Assembly (NCBI GenBank): GCA_023213395.1
Contig: CM041465.1
Location: 90,899,741-90,963,740, forward strand
Origin: Cycas panzhihuaensis
Lineage: Eukaryota > Plantae > Cycadophyta
Direction: 5' to 3'
Length of the DNA: 64,000 bases
In this document: positions 35,430 through 49,472 of the stretch, piece by piece
How the letters are laid out: each line of letters starts with the position of its first letter
Position numbering within the stretch: the first letter of the stretch is position 1
Notes under the pieces: model-generated
What the model was told of the DNA's origin: nothing
Database searches by the model: none
The model's input: the letters and a program-made list of their open reading frames with translations, nothing else
Program-made: the position numbers and the translations under genes

Positions 35430-38400
35430 TGTAGCTATGTTTTGCAAACAAATGTGGAAATTGCTATTGCATAGTTTATGCAAGTTCTCATCTGACTTCA
35501 TCTGGCTCTAAATGCTTCCATTAGATCTTCAACTAGTGGATAGCTTAGTTTTGCAACATTGGTTTTTCGGCCTAATATTCAAATAAATTCCATTTGGAAT
35601 TCTACCTTGGGTTTCACCTAAATGGTAGACTAATCAATGATATGGTTAGGATCACGTACACACACACTTCAATGATGAAACATGAAACACATTACGCACA
35701 TCTAAGTTAGATGGCAATGCAAACCTATATGCAATGACTCCTATGTGTTTTAGGATTTCAAAGGGCTTGCAATATCTTATTGTTAGTTGTTAATTTTTTG
35801 CATTTGTCCAACTTTAAGGAACTTTGCTTCAATTTTGCACAAAGAAATACACGATCTTCCACATTAAATTCCTTTCTTGTTCTCTTTGAGTTTGCATAAT
35901 TCTTTTGTTAATCTTATGCAACCTTCAAATGCCTTTGAATGTTGGAAGCCTACTTTTCCATCTCTTGTAGCATTTTGGGTCTAATATTATGCCTACCTTC
36001 TAGGTTATCTAAACTCAATGGTGTGTTACATTTTTGCCCATACATCATCTCAAATGGGCTTATGCTTAAGGATGCATGGTAGCTATTGTTGTAAGCAAAT
36101 TCTACCAAATATAAATAACCTTCCTATTTGGATGGCTACTCCCTTACATACATCCTCAACATGTTTTCAAGTACTTGGTTAATCTGCTTTGGCTACCCAT
36201 CTACCTTTAGATGATAAGCTATGCTAAACTTTAGCTTGATCCTTAATTCTTTGAATAGTATTTGCCAAAATTTAGAAGTGATTATCATATTTCTATCAGA
36301 AATAATTGCCTTTGGAATTCCATGTAATTGTACCACTTCCTTCATAAAGATTCATGCTATGTTAGCTAGTTTGTGTGTAGAGTGTGTAGGAATAAAATTT
36401 GTAGACTTTGTTAACTTGTCCACCACTCCCATATTGGATTTGTTCTTTCTCACATTCTTCGGGAAATTTTTAATGAAGTCTATGGAGTTTGTTTACCATT
36501 TCCATTTTGGAATCTCTACTAGTTGTAACAACTCTACCAGGTGTTGATGTTCCACTTGAACTTTTTGAGACTATAGGCAATGAGAGATATAGTCCACCAC
36601 ATCTCTCTTCATTCATGGGCATGTTTTATGTAGGGAACAACATGAGTTTCTTTCATGACCACTTTGTATAATTCAACATCATTCCAAACATAGATTTGAT
36701 CTCGAAATAGAAAAATCCCATCACTAAATAACTTGGAATTTGCATGCTTATACTGGAATTTCCCATTTGCATGTTCATGTCCATTTTGCTTATCAATTGA
36801 ATTCTTCACTTGTATGTACCATTCATTAGTGTGCAATTTTTGCTCTATGGATGCCCTCAAGTCTGGTTTGGCAACATTAGTGGAAGCCACACGGCTCCTT
36901 CAGTTGAGTGTATCTGTAACTTTGTTTTCCTTTTCTTTAATGTGCTTGACCTCAAAATAATATCCACAAAATAATTCCATCCATTTCCTTTGCGATGCAT
37001 TCATTTAGGGTTGTGTGAAGAGGTATTTTAAGCTATCATGATCAATCCTTAATTCAAATTTGTTGCCCATAAGGTAATACCTCCATATTTTCCAAGCATG
37101 TACAATGGTGACTAACTCCGTGTCATATGCTAGATAATTTAGTTGATAGTCCTTTAGTTTTTGTGACTCATAGGAAATTACTTTTCCATTTTGCATAAGC
37201 ACTCCGCCAATAGCTTTTATGCAAGCATCAATACATACCATGCATTCTGCATTAAGATTCAATAGGGTAGGAATAGGTGCAAAAGTGAGAAATTTCAACA
37301 AGAAACTTCTCTTCACACATTTCATCCTAGTTGAAGTCTTTTCTTTTCTTTTGCAAAGAGATAATCAAACATACAATTTTACAAAATCCTTTAATAAACC
37401 TATGGTGATAACCTTTGAGTACTATGAAGCTTTTCACTTCGAAAATATTTGTAAGTGTAGGCCACTTGGTAATAGCCTTAATCTTTTGTAGATTTACAAC
37501 AATGCCCTCCTTGGAAATAACACAATTTAAATACTGCACCTATTTTTGGTCGAATTCATATTTGTTGAGCTTGGCATAAAGCTTATGCTCTTGCAATAGT
37601 TATGACACAATTCTTAGGCATTACATTGTACTCTTCTTGTGAGTTGGAATAGATCAAAATATCATCAAGAAAAATAAGAATAAACTTATCTAAATATTTG
37701 TAGAACACCCTATTTATCAAACACATAAAAGTGGTTGGAACATTTGTTAGGTCGAATGACAACATAACAAACCCGTAATACCTATGCCTAGTCCAAAAAA
37801 TTTTCTTATAAATATCTTCACCTTTTATCCAAATTTGGTGATAAATTGACCTTAAGTCCGTTTTTGAAAACACTAGGGCCCCTTTTAGTTGATCAAACAA
37901 GTTTTCAATTCTTAGAAGAGGATACCTATTCTTCACTGTTGCCTTATTCAGTTGCCTATACTCAATGCATAATTGAAGTGTTCCTTCATTTTCTTTTCAT
38001 ATATAGTACATGTACTCCCCACGGAGATACACTCAATTGAATGAAACTCTTATTAATAATTCTTGCAACTACATTTTCAACTCAAGTAAGTGTAGTGTAG
38101 TCATGCAGTATGGTGCCTTTGATGCAAGTTCTACTTTTGGGAATAAATTAATAGCATAATCTGCTTCTTTATTAGGCAACAACCCTAGTAGTTCCTCTAG
38201 AAACATATTGAGGGATTCTTACAATAGTGGATAATCCTCAAGTCTAGGCCTATTTCAACCTCTTTGATCACTCCCATGAGCCCTATAAATTCAACAATCC
38301 ATGTGTAAATTTTTCTTAACCTACATGGCTGAAGGCCTTTTTTCTCCTTGGATGAATTTGGGACAGTCTCTGTCATTCTTTTCATAGCAATCAATCTTTG

Positions 38401-39800
38401 TCCAGTGCTTTTCTAACCACTTGAGAATAATTATGGCATCATGGTCACCAAGTGGTAAAACTTGGAAGATGGCATGACTAGTCCATCCTTCCAACTCAAG
38501 TTTATTGTTTCTAATGAATTTGGTCCCTCTTCTCTTATTGCCATTAGCCATTCGCACATTCCACACAATTGCTAGGCTTTAACTTGTATTTTTCAACTAT
38601 TCTTGGTGAAAGAAAGTTATGATTGCTTCTAGAATAAATCAATATAGAGATAACTTGGTTGGCGATTTTATCTTGTATTTGTCCCATGGCCATGTTAAGA
38701 TAGACAATTGATATGAGAAAAACCTCATTCATTAAGAGATAATAAAATTCTCATATATATACATCATGTGTAGCATGCGCATTTATTAGAGTGTATGCAT
38801 GTATGCCACGCCACAATTACATAAAAGAGGGATTTGACACAATCCTCATAATAACTTTAGAAAGGAGCTTAAGGAGCCTATAGATAAAACATTATATTCA
38901 ATAGGTCGATTGATGGTTTGTTTGTCAACCGTCCATTGTTGCACACATTCTCATGGGTGCTTTCTCCTTAACTGCATTGATTACTCTTGGTTGTGCCTTT
39001 AGGTGGTAGGACCTTACATAATTTTTCTCCTGCTTTAAGCATTCTTTGGCATAATGCCTTTTTCTATGCATCCATAATGTGTTATGTGGGAAACATCTCT
39101 AGAAGCATTTCCTTTTGGATGATTTATACCTTTCATGCCTTGTGGTTGATTTACATTTCTTCCTACTTATGGGTACATGGGATGCTTAAACTCGTTCTTT
39201 TGTTGCCCCTTGCTTTATTTGAAACTTATCCTTCCATCTAGAGTGATTACCTCATCACTTAACCCATTGGTCTTCATAGTACCTTGCCTTCCTCACCGCT
39301 TTTGATGGAGTCCTTGGCTCTAAGATTCTAATTTTCCCTTGGATAGCCTCATTTGAGCTACATATGAATCAAACTACTTTTATTTATTTTTCCTTATGAA
39401 TACACAAAACATATTTTAGAAGGTTCTTAAATAGTGTTTTGTATTCCTTGATAGTCGTTCTTTCTTATTTCAACTCATGGAAGGATTCCATTTACTTGTC
39501 ATAATAATGTTTGGAAAGATACTTTTGGTTAACATATTTAGAAAACTTACCCTACTGTAATCCTCTTTCCTTGATGCCCTTCATCCTTTTATAGTTTTTC
39601 CACCATAATGATGCACTTCCACTAAGGTTATAGATTGCTACCCTTGCTTTTTCTTTGAAGGTGAAGTCGTTGAGTTGAAAATATTTCTCTATATTCATGA
39701 GCCAAGCTTATGCTTCATCTCCATTTTTAGCTTCACCATTGAAGGTGAGTGGCTTTGCCTTTTAGACTTCCAATTGAAGCCTCCTCTTTCTTGAAGTACA
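35430..39800 (-). pseudogene. gag-pol of chromovirus D with C-terminal chromodomain
   Basis: ORF fragments at 36609-38732 carry RT/RH/PR motifs; LKI.WKHLEPDE (chromodomain) near 35500. Confidence 0.85.
38693..38903. repeat. Solo LTR (211 bp) inserted at the gag-PR junction of D
   Basis: tgttaa...tcaata termini and flanks ggcca/ggtcg. Removing it rejoins ...QTNHQS(T/A)MGQIQDKIANQVISILI. Confidence 0.8.
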
Positions 39801-40847
39801 TCTTCTCTACATTTTACCTTTTGAAGATGATGTAGAATCTAAAGATTTAATTTTGCTCGAGCTATCCACTTTTTTGTTGCTAGTACTTTGCCTTTAGGTC
39901 CTCTTGCTTAAATTCCTTTTAGACAAATTCTCTTATGACCTATTTTTTCTTTCATTACTACTAATGTTTTGGATTTTGTGTTCTACTTGGTCCTGCTCCA
40001 ACATTCTTCATATGCTCATGAGCATTTTATTGTATTCCTTTAGGATCTAATCATTAACTTCTTTGTAATTCCAAATATGCTTTTGAAGACATCGAACAAT
40101 CTCAATAGATCCTACTCGAGACATCCGTGTGAGGTCCTTTTGTTGTTATTGAGACTCTACTAGGTCAATTTCTTCAACATCCTAGTCATTTTGACCAAAT
40201 TAAGCAAAATGTGTATCTCACATTTTTCTATCTCTTTACTTTTGTTCACAATGTTAATTATTATTTATCTTACATAAATTAGATTTGACTAGTCTAAATT
40301 GTGTTATGCTTCCAGTGGGTTTGATTTGAAATAATTTGGAGCTTTGTAGCCTCAATAGTGACCTTCAAAACTCAATAGAAACTTTGGCAGTTTAGGACAA
40401 TAGCAATACCTTTCACTAAAACAACTATAACATTTTCCATAGGAATTCAAATCAAATGATTCTTTTCTATTTGAGAGTAAACTTTAAGTTGTGCTTAATA
40501 AAAAATATTTTAGTTTAATTGGATATTTGTAGCATTACCAATAGTCACTGGAAGTTGAGGTAGTAGAATTTAGGTGCTACGAAGGTGTGTGTTGATAGGT
40601 TGGAACTTAAACTCCTTATTTCTTCTTCATTTTTAAACAAGAACATGTCACCTAGTAGCCCAAAGTTTATGTCAAGAATGTGCTTGACTTGGTTATACAA
40701 TCATTTTCTTCGAATTCAATTGTTTACTTGCCTAAAATTTTGCCTTTGTGCTTAAAACCCTAATTGAGCTGGACCCTACTTTGCAATTTAATGTCACAAG
40801 GATAAATGAACACAAACCATACTCCGATACCATATTGTCATAATCCC

Positions 40848-41175
40848 TGTTTGTGTGGAAGTTAATGCTAAGCCACTTGTATTAATGTTAAATGTGGTTT
40901 AGTTATTGTTTAATAAAAAGGTGCGGATTTATGAAGGGACACAACCTTTAAGGGTTGACACCACTTGGGGGATTATAAATATCCCATAGTCCATTGTATA
41001 TTCATCTAATCAAGAATCAATGTGATCTAGTGATCTTTTGTGGTGGGTTTTTCACTGAAAAGGTTTTTCCATGTATATCTGGTGTACTGTGTTTCCTGTG
41101 GTCTTAATTGTGCTTGCTGTGTATGATCAAGATCTTGTAGCTCAGAACATATGCATGTATGTATGTTTCTTCACA
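40848..41175 (+). repeat. 5' LTR of copia E
   Basis: Direct repeat of 45816-46145. Confidence 0.93.
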
Positions 41176-41793
41176 TGGTATTAGAACTGAATGGGATACA
41201 TAGCTGAGGCGTGACTGGGTGGATGTGATAAGATTGAAAGTTGCCAGGTAACGTTGGTAGAACCATGTTTTGTCAATTCTCATTCTTCTCCAACAATTAG
41301 AAGAGTGACACAGTAAGTAATGGTGATTGAGGAGGTGAACTTCACCTATCAATAAGGTTGAAGGCACATTTTAGACAATGTTGGGCTCGTTTTGGAGCCA
41401 TCCAGAGCTGGTTGGGTGTGTTGGGCACTTCCTAACGCCAGTTGGGCATAGTGATATTTATTTTGTTGCCTTTTTTTTTTTACACAATTACATTGCACTT
41501 TTCATGTTGCACATTGGATGCTTGGTGATATTTCTTGAGATTGGAGCCTATTTATGATGAGTTCATCATAGATTCAAACTTATATGCCATGCCCACTATG
41601 GGTATATTATAATTCTTATGTTTGTAGTGCATTTTCGGGATTTTTTGCAAGTGACTTTGGTGATTCTTAAAATGATTGATAAAAGTTCTTGAGACCCATT
41701 GCCTTGGCATATATGCTGGTAAACAAAAATTAAGTAGTGAAGTGGTTGTTTTGCCCATAAAACTATATGTTAAAAGTTTGGTGAAATACAACT

Positions 41794-44700
41794 TATGTTA
41801 GCCCATTTCTCATAGAGAGATTTTGAATGGGAATAACTTCAGTGAGTGGAAGGCTAACATGGAGTTAGTATTAATGGTGAATTAACTTTAGGGAATCACC
41901 AAGGGTGAGCTTCTTTCTATTTCGTTAGATTCAAAGGAACGAACTCGTCAAGAGGAAAAGTTATTTATGGTTGTTGGGCTATTAAAACTGTCTCTAGCAC
42001 CAGATCAGAGAGCAATGGTCCATAACCTAGATAAACCAAATGAAATATGGACAAAGTTGTGCGAGACATTTGAGAAAAAAAAGACAAATTGTCGTGTTGC
42101 TTTAATGTGGAGATTTTAAATGCCATTGTAGAAGACAAAAGCAGCATAAGTGCCTATCTGAGCAAAGTAATTGATTTGAGGAACAAGATAGAAGAGATTA
42201 AGTTAGGCTCACTTGATGATGAGTTGTTGTTTGCATTAGTTATGTCAAAAATACTAGCTGTATTTGGAACCTTTTAGGCCATCTATGCGAGAGATGAGGT
42301 AATGGAAGGTGAGTTATTTGAGAAGATGAACGGTCTCATTCTAGTCGAGGATGCCAATTTGAAGCACCATGGTTTGCTCAAAGATTTCGATTTAAATCAA
42401 GCCCTGGTCATGAAGACACAGAGGAGAGATGATGTTTAGGAAGGGAAGTCTGCACAAAAATTAGGAGAAGAAACTTGGTAGAAGAAGAAGTGCGTTGGCA
42501 AATGTATTTATTGCAAAAAGGATGGCCACAAAGAGAAGAATTGTTGTTTCAAATGGTGGGACATGCATAAAGTAAGCAAGGATGAGAAAGGAAAGGGTGT
42601 TGTAGCTTTTTGTGCTAGGGTATTAGCTTTGTCAACCAATTCAAATCAGAGAGGCTATTGGATTCTGGATTCAAAAGCGCATAAACACATTTCATTTCAT
42701 AAGCAAAACTTCGATGCATGGAATGCTAGTCCAAGTGAAGTTGAAATCATTCTTGGTGATGTGAGCATGTTATCTATTGAACGTGTTGGCTCTATTTTGC
42801 TTGTGGGAGGAAAGTTCAAGGGCATGCATTACGTGTCTAAGACGAAGATGAACCTTCTATCAGCTTGAGAAATTTGCAAATAAGATATGAAGGTTGAGCT
42901 TTACAAAGACAAATGCTTGATTAAGGATCTAAAACATAATTTCTCTATCATTGCTACTGGAAAAGTGAGGGATAATTTCTAGATATTTGAGAAATTTCAA
43001 TCCCAGAATCGGTCCTATACCTTTGTTGCTGGTGTTGATGACTTGAATAAATTTTGGCATGAAAGCCTTGGGCACCTTAATTACAAAAGCATAGCACTTA
43101 TGAATAGATAGAAGATGGTGGAAGGTTTACCCCATGTGTCATGTTCAGAAGGTGTATGTACAAGAAGTATCATCGCTATCCTTTTGCTCGAGATCATGCC
43201 TGGAGAGCCAAGGAGAAGTTGGAGCTCATGCATTCTGATGTGATGGATCCTCTTACAAACCCTTCCATTATTTAGAGCGCGCTATACTTTAGTATTTGTA
43301 GATGATTATACTAGGAAAGCCTGGGTATATTTTTTGAAAAATAAGTTTAAAGTGTTTGACTGCTTTTGTGAATGGAAGGTACGTGTTGAGAATGAATATG
43401 ATAAGAAAATAAAGTTTTAAGGAGTGATAATGGTAAGGAATATGAGAATAATACTTTCAATAAGTTTTGTCTAAGTCATGGTATAAAGCAGGAATTCATA
43501 GTTTCGTATACCCTACAACAAAACTATGTTGCAGAGAGGAAAAACCATACCATGATGGAAATGGCAAGGTGTATGGTGCATGCTAAAAACTTGCCGCCTA
43601 AGCTTTGGGTAGAATCTATTGGGACTGTTGTTTGCATCTTGAATAGGGTATCAACAAAAGTAGTTCGTGGTGAAACCCTTGAAGAAAAATGGACTGGTCG
43701 TAAACCTATCATTGACCATTTGAAGACATTTGGGTGCATTGCATATGCACGTATTCCAAATGATAGTTGCGAGAAGTTGGATCACAAAGAGTTTGAAGTG
43801 TATTTTTGTGGGGAACTCAAATCAAAATAAAGCTTACAAACTATGGGATTCACAAGGGAGAAAACTTGTGATTAGTTAGGAAGTAGTATTTGATGAGTCT
43901 TTGACATATCATGTTGAGAAGTCGTTGTCTAAAGAATCTTTTTACCCCTAACTACTTCCATTTCTTGATTGTGCTTCATCAATGACGAAGGGCGATAAAC
44001 CAACCGTTGTGATTTAGAGGGAAGAAGGATCGAGTGGTGCAGGTGATAATCAAGAGCAGTCACGTGTAGAGGCATCTTCAACACAGGGTGTTTCTATGCC
44101 ATTGTGGGCTAGGAAAACGATTTGACTCTGGTGTGATGTTGTAGAATCTTTCAGATGAACAAAGAACAAGGAGCCAACATGCCAATCAAACTTTGGTGGT
44201 GGATACCACAGACTCCCTGGACCCATCTTTGTTTGATGAAGCGAAAGATGATCCTTGTTGGAAAGATGCAATGGAGGAGGAATATAGTTTTCTCATAAAA
44301 ATGGAACTTGGGAGTTAGTTCTGATGCCTCCTAAGAGAAACCTTGTTGGTTGCAAATGGGTCTACAAGACTAAGTTCCACTCTAATGGAAAGGTGGACAG
44401 GTACAAGGCTAGACTTGTTATGCAAGGGTTTAAGCAGAAGGAAGGGATCGACTATGAGGAGAGATTTGCACCAATCTTAAAGATGATAGCGATCCATTTG
44501 ATCCTTTCTTTGGTAGCAAAATATGGTTGGGGGTTACATCAAATGGATGTAAAATCAACATTCCTTAATGGAGAGTTGAAAGAGGAGATTTATATGGTGC
44601 AACATCTTGGTTTCATTAAGGAAAGTTAGGAGAATCTTGTGTGCAAATTGAAGAAGTCACTCTATCACTTGAAACAAGCCTCACATGCTTGGTATGCAAA

Positions 44701-45740
44701 GATCAATGCTAGATTAAAAGAATAAGGATTTGTTGCTATAGATTTGGAGCCAGATTTGTATGTTAAAAGGAGTAGAGCTTTGATAGCAACTGTAATAAGA
44801 TTATTGTGCAAGTCAAATCCAATTTGGGAGCTACTTTCGATGTGACAGACCTCGGGCCTCTACATTACTTCTTAGGCATTGAGGTAAGGCAGATGGAAGA
44901 TAAAATTATGGTGTTACAAACTAAGTTTACAAAGAACCTTCTTGAGAAATTCAGTTGTAAACCTTCTTGAGAAATTCAAGATGGAGGACTGCAAGCCCGT
45001 TCGAACACCATGCACCAAAGGCACAAAGCTCTTGAAAAATATGGGAAAGCTTGTTGTAGATGGAACGTTGTATAGACAACTGGTAGGGAGTTTAATCTAT
45101 TTGACTCATACTAGGCCTGCCATTGTTTATGTTGTCGGATTAGTCTCTTGATATACGCAGAATCCACAGGAGCCACATTGGGTTGAAGCAAAGTGGATTC
45201 TGAAATATGTAAAGGGAACTCTTAATCTTGATCTAGAGTACCTTTGTGATGGAGATGTAAAGTTGCAAGGCTACATTGATGTAGATTGGGGAAGAGACTC
45301 TGATGATTGAAAATCCATTGTTGGATATATCTTTGGTATCGATAATAGATTTGTATCATGGTAGTTGAAGAAGCAGCAAACAATAGCACTATCTTCTACA
45401 TAGGCCGAATACTAAAGATTCACTACTGGTGCGATAGAAGTTGTATGGTTATAAGGACTTTTGGATATCCTTGGCATATCTTGTAGTGCCTCGGTTATTT
45501 TGGTTGATAACCTGAGCACTATTTGTCTTTAAAAGAATCCAGAGTTTCATGCGCGCACAAAGCATATTGAGATTTAGCACCACTATATCCATGAGCATAT
45601 CAAAGCAGGGAAGTTGCATGTCGACTTTTGTTCGAGTGAAGAGTAGCTTGCAAATGTGTTTACCAAAGCATTTACTGAAGACCACTTCACAAAGATTCGT
45701 GCCAAATTGGGACTTAATGAAGTTATCCTTAAGGGGGGAT
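41794..45740 (+). pseudogene. copia E gag-pol
   Basis: ILNGNNFSEWK (gag), [51 protein letters not shown]; the YVDD region is deleted. Confidence 0.9.
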
Positions 45741-45815
45741 GTATTAGCAAGGATAATTTCAGCCTTCACTAGTGATAATTTCAAACTGCAGTTCGATCCC
45801 CACACTAAGGGGGGA

Positions 45816-46145
45816 TGTTAGTGTGGTAGTTAATGTTAAGCGACTTGTGTTAATATTATATGGGGTTTAGTAATTGTTTAACAAAAAGGTGTGAGTTTAT
45901 GAAGGGACACAACCTCTAAGGGTTGACACCACTTGCGGGATTATAAATATTCCATAGTCCATTGTATATTCATCCAATCAAGAATCAATGTGATCTAGCG
46001 ATCTTTTGTGGTGGATTTTTTTACCTAAAAAGGTTTTTCCACGTATATTTGGTGTACTGTGTTTCCTGCGCTCTTTATTGTTCTTGCTGTGTATGAGTAA
46101 GATCATGTAGCTTAGAACATATGCATGTATGTATGTTTCTTCACA
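45816..46145 (+). repeat. 3' LTR of copia E
   Basis: Direct repeat of 40848-41175. Confidence 0.93.
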
Positions 46146-46623
46146 ATCCCAAACATCCTATTCATTGAATATTGTTGATTAACTTGCTAGAAATAAGGGA
46201 TGATTATATCATAGTATGAAATAAATCATAAGGAAATAAAATGTACAATGAAGCATACAATGCCGATTAGGTGGGGCATTACATACAAATATATTTCTTT
46301 CTTTCCTTCAAGATCCAATTGTTTCTATATTTTTAAAATTTTTGTTTGCTGTGGAAAGTTGATGATGCTTTTGGAAATGTCCTGTGATGAAGATTACATA
46401 AGTGGAAACATGATTTTGTATATGGGCCAACTTTTCATATTGCATTTTCAGCAACCTTGAAGGACTAATTTGATGTCCCTTACAATTGACATTTTTTGTC
46501 TCTCAATAGTTTTTCAACCTTTTCATAATGATTGGGATGCATTTGTTTTTAATTAATGGTGATTTGTGAAGGAATGGCTGGGCCTGGCATTGTGTCTAAG
46601 ATTGCCTTTTCATGGATTTGCAG

Positions 46624-47007
46624 ACACATGAAGACCAACAACAATTGAAACAAAAGCATGCCATTGTTCAACAGTTACTTGATTTACAGAAATTGCAACC
46701 TTTGAGTTCAAACCAACTACAGAACCATCGACAAGTGCAATCTTATGTTCAGTCACAGATGGAAGCACAATCAATGGGAACCTCTCTTTCCAGGCTATCA
46801 GAGGGAGATTTTCAAGCACAAAATCAGAATTGTCAGAGGCAGCAGAAAGGCCAGCAACAAGGGCAGCAGAATCTCCGGGATCAGCAAATGCAACCTCTTT
46901 ATTCACTTATGTCTGAGTCGCAACAACTTAAGGCTGATACTAATGCTGAAATGACAGTGCAAGGTGACTCTTTTTGGGACTGTGGCACTGCAAGTCAAAA
47001 TAATCAG
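46624..47007 (+). CDS. Candidate internal exon of a host gene encoding a Gln-rich low-complexity region (128 codons)
   Basis: Open frame THEDQQQ...ASQNNQ with no TE motifs. Acceptor ...ttgcctttt..tttgcag| at 46623 and donor cag|gtttgt at 47007; 384 bp, phase 0/0. Confidence 0.6.
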
Positions 47008-49472
47008 GTTTGTCTTTGTTGAAACAAAATACGAAATGTCTTGTTAAATGAGTTTATTTGAAGAGATGTCTAGGAACCCATAATATGCTAGAAAATCTCT
47101 CAAAAGAAAAGAGAATTTTCTTCAAGTTGTTAAGTACTTTGTGTGGGGCATATAGTTCTATTTTGCATTCCATGCCATAGTTTTGGAACAGAGAATAACA
47201 TTTTGTAGACATTCTACCATCAAGTATATGTTTAGGATGCAATATAATTCTATGTTGCAGTTGTATTTGTGATTTCAATGCTTTCGCACATATTTGGTTC
47301 TGGGCTTAACTGGGGTTGGCCAGAAATGGGTTGAACTCGGACCTGTCCCTGCACCTCTTTAGCCAACCCTGCACAAAGGGCATGCAACTCTCAGCGATGC
47401 TACACAGATATCTTGGAATCTATGCATCTCTTAGCTTTAGACCTTTTGGGCATGTCCTATCTTCTAGGATGAACTTGTAGAGATGATCCATCTCAAAGAG
47501 TGTAAACTTTCATGATCCGTCTTGTTCACTGCCAGGATCTGTTTCCTGAAGCCAGTTGGTTTGTTTATAGTTGGACTAATTTCTATACTTGATATCTTCT
47601 GATAATTGAGGTACTTGTATTTATGGTTTTGGTTAATGATATATAACTGTATTGCCCATTTTGGAATTCTGCTGAACATTGACATTGTTAATGTGGCTGT
47701 TATAATTATTATTTTTGGATGGTCATCACTGGGAAGCTCTGTATTATTGGATCAACTTCTGCTCCAATATCAGAATCACATTAACTGCTAAATTACGGAA
47801 TTTCTGAGATGTGCATGGATTGGGAATTAATTTTAGTTTAGGGAAAAATCTCGGTTTTAGTTTTGGGGCAGAAATTTGCAATTTTCTGGTTTTCAGGAAA
47901 GAATGGAGCCAGACCCCAAATTGGGCTTGTTCCCGCTTCCAAGTGGCATCAGACCATATTCTTGGACTGCGGAAATCTGTAAATGGTTAAGCATTTTGGA
48001 TTGCAAGTGTTCTTCTCTAGCAAGTTTCTTGGAATTTTTTAAACCTTTTTTTGCAGCTTGTGCAAATTCATTGGCAGGAATTTTAGATAGATCTTGTGGG
48101 CAGTTTTCAAGCAATGTCTATTAGCAAAATTTTGGGCAAGTACTTTGCAATTTTTGGGGCATTTTTTGGGAAACTTCCAAGGTTAATTCTGGATTTTCTG
48201 TCCCTATTTTCTTGTTGCTCATTATTTTCTTGATGGCCCTATTTTATTGCTGACCTATTTTTCTCGCTTCGACTATTATCTCACAATTCCTATTTTCTTG
48301 TTGCTCCATGTTTATGAAGAATGGAGAAATCACTATAATATTTGATGAATTCTCTTTGTAATCTCTTTGGATTGAATGGGTAGCAAGGAAGGATTCAAGG
48401 ATGGTGATCCCTACTCAACAATTTGCCCTAAGGAGGTTATTTGCTTATGATTGGACGGTTGAAACATGTTTTTCTTTTCGGGAAATATGATATCTTCAAA
48501 TAGAAAAAGTTACATGGGTCACAACAAAATGGGAGAGCCAGGGGACCCAGAAACGGTGCATTGTGGCTTAGGGCTTCTAATGAGGGGATGATCTATCTAT
48601 GGCCACATGATTACAAAACTAGCTCATGAACACATGCAATCATTGCGTAAACATGACAAAGAATGACAACATAGAAAGACAAATAACACCATGTTTGGTT
48701 ATAAAGCCATTGATATCTCTGGCTGTATGCAACACAAGCAAGTTTTGGAATAACTTCTAATAGTGCCTCAGGATTATCATTTGCTTATAGGCTTCTTTTT
48801 AGAGAGAGGAATAATTCTCCAACACTTGTCACTTCTAGTGTGTTGGCTGCCTTGAGATTTGTATTCATCATTATTTTTGTGTGGGGATATGGCTAGATCA
48901 ATTGTCGGGGTGTTTCCCCACTTATCTTTCCTTAGTGATCTGGGCTCAGAGCTAGGCATGTTGTTCCTTGGGGGTCTTTTTCTCAGATTTTCTGCATCTA
49001 TGGCAACTGCAGCTTTGAGATGAGTCTGTTTCATTCTTTGGAGGAACCTTGCTAACTATGAGCCTTGCTTTAGTCTTGATTTTACCTTTTTTGTTTGAAC
49101 CTTCGTTTTCACAGCATGATTGTTCAAAATAGAAGAGCAAAGATGGCCAAAAATCTACTTGAGTCTCAAAGTCAAATGCAAAATTAGACTCCTACATGTG
49201 TGTTTCTAAGTGTCCAAAAATGTACAAGTGGGAGCAGATATAGATGCAACGATTCTCAACATTTGAGGATAGAGGTATATGGCAAAATTAGGATTTTCAA
49301 AAAGTATATATATACAAAACCATAAATATATACATGATACATCTAAAACAAGCCCCAACAAATTGAAATCAATAATCGATGATTATAATTCACCAACACT
49401 CAATGGTCATATGTCACAAGAAAACATAAATGACAAAAATTGAGAGTTGCAATGAAGCTCTCGTGATTTCAT

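Larger units (their letters stand above)
40848..46145 (+). mobile_element. Full-length Ty1/copia element E (5.3 kb) inserted in the 5' LTR of D
   Basis: LTRs 40848-41175 and 45816-46145, perfect TSD ATCCC, degenerate PBS tggtattagaac (41176-41187), PPT at 45807-45815. Confidence 0.95.
34934..46283 (-). mobile_element. Ty3/gypsy chromovirus D (Tekay-like), heavily decayed; left boundary uncertain
   Basis: Gag (KPLTFNGE...AWL...EKYF...A.LWW), PR, RT (KNRYPL, IFLDD), RH, INT and chromodomain on the minus strand. PBS rc 40822-40832, PPT rc from 35397. LTR-start homology between 35301-35396 and 46188-46283. Confidence 0.85.

Noticed and set aside
47800-48310. Possible MITE/hAT subterminal sequence
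   Set aside because: No terminal inverted repeats or TSD could be identified by eye.
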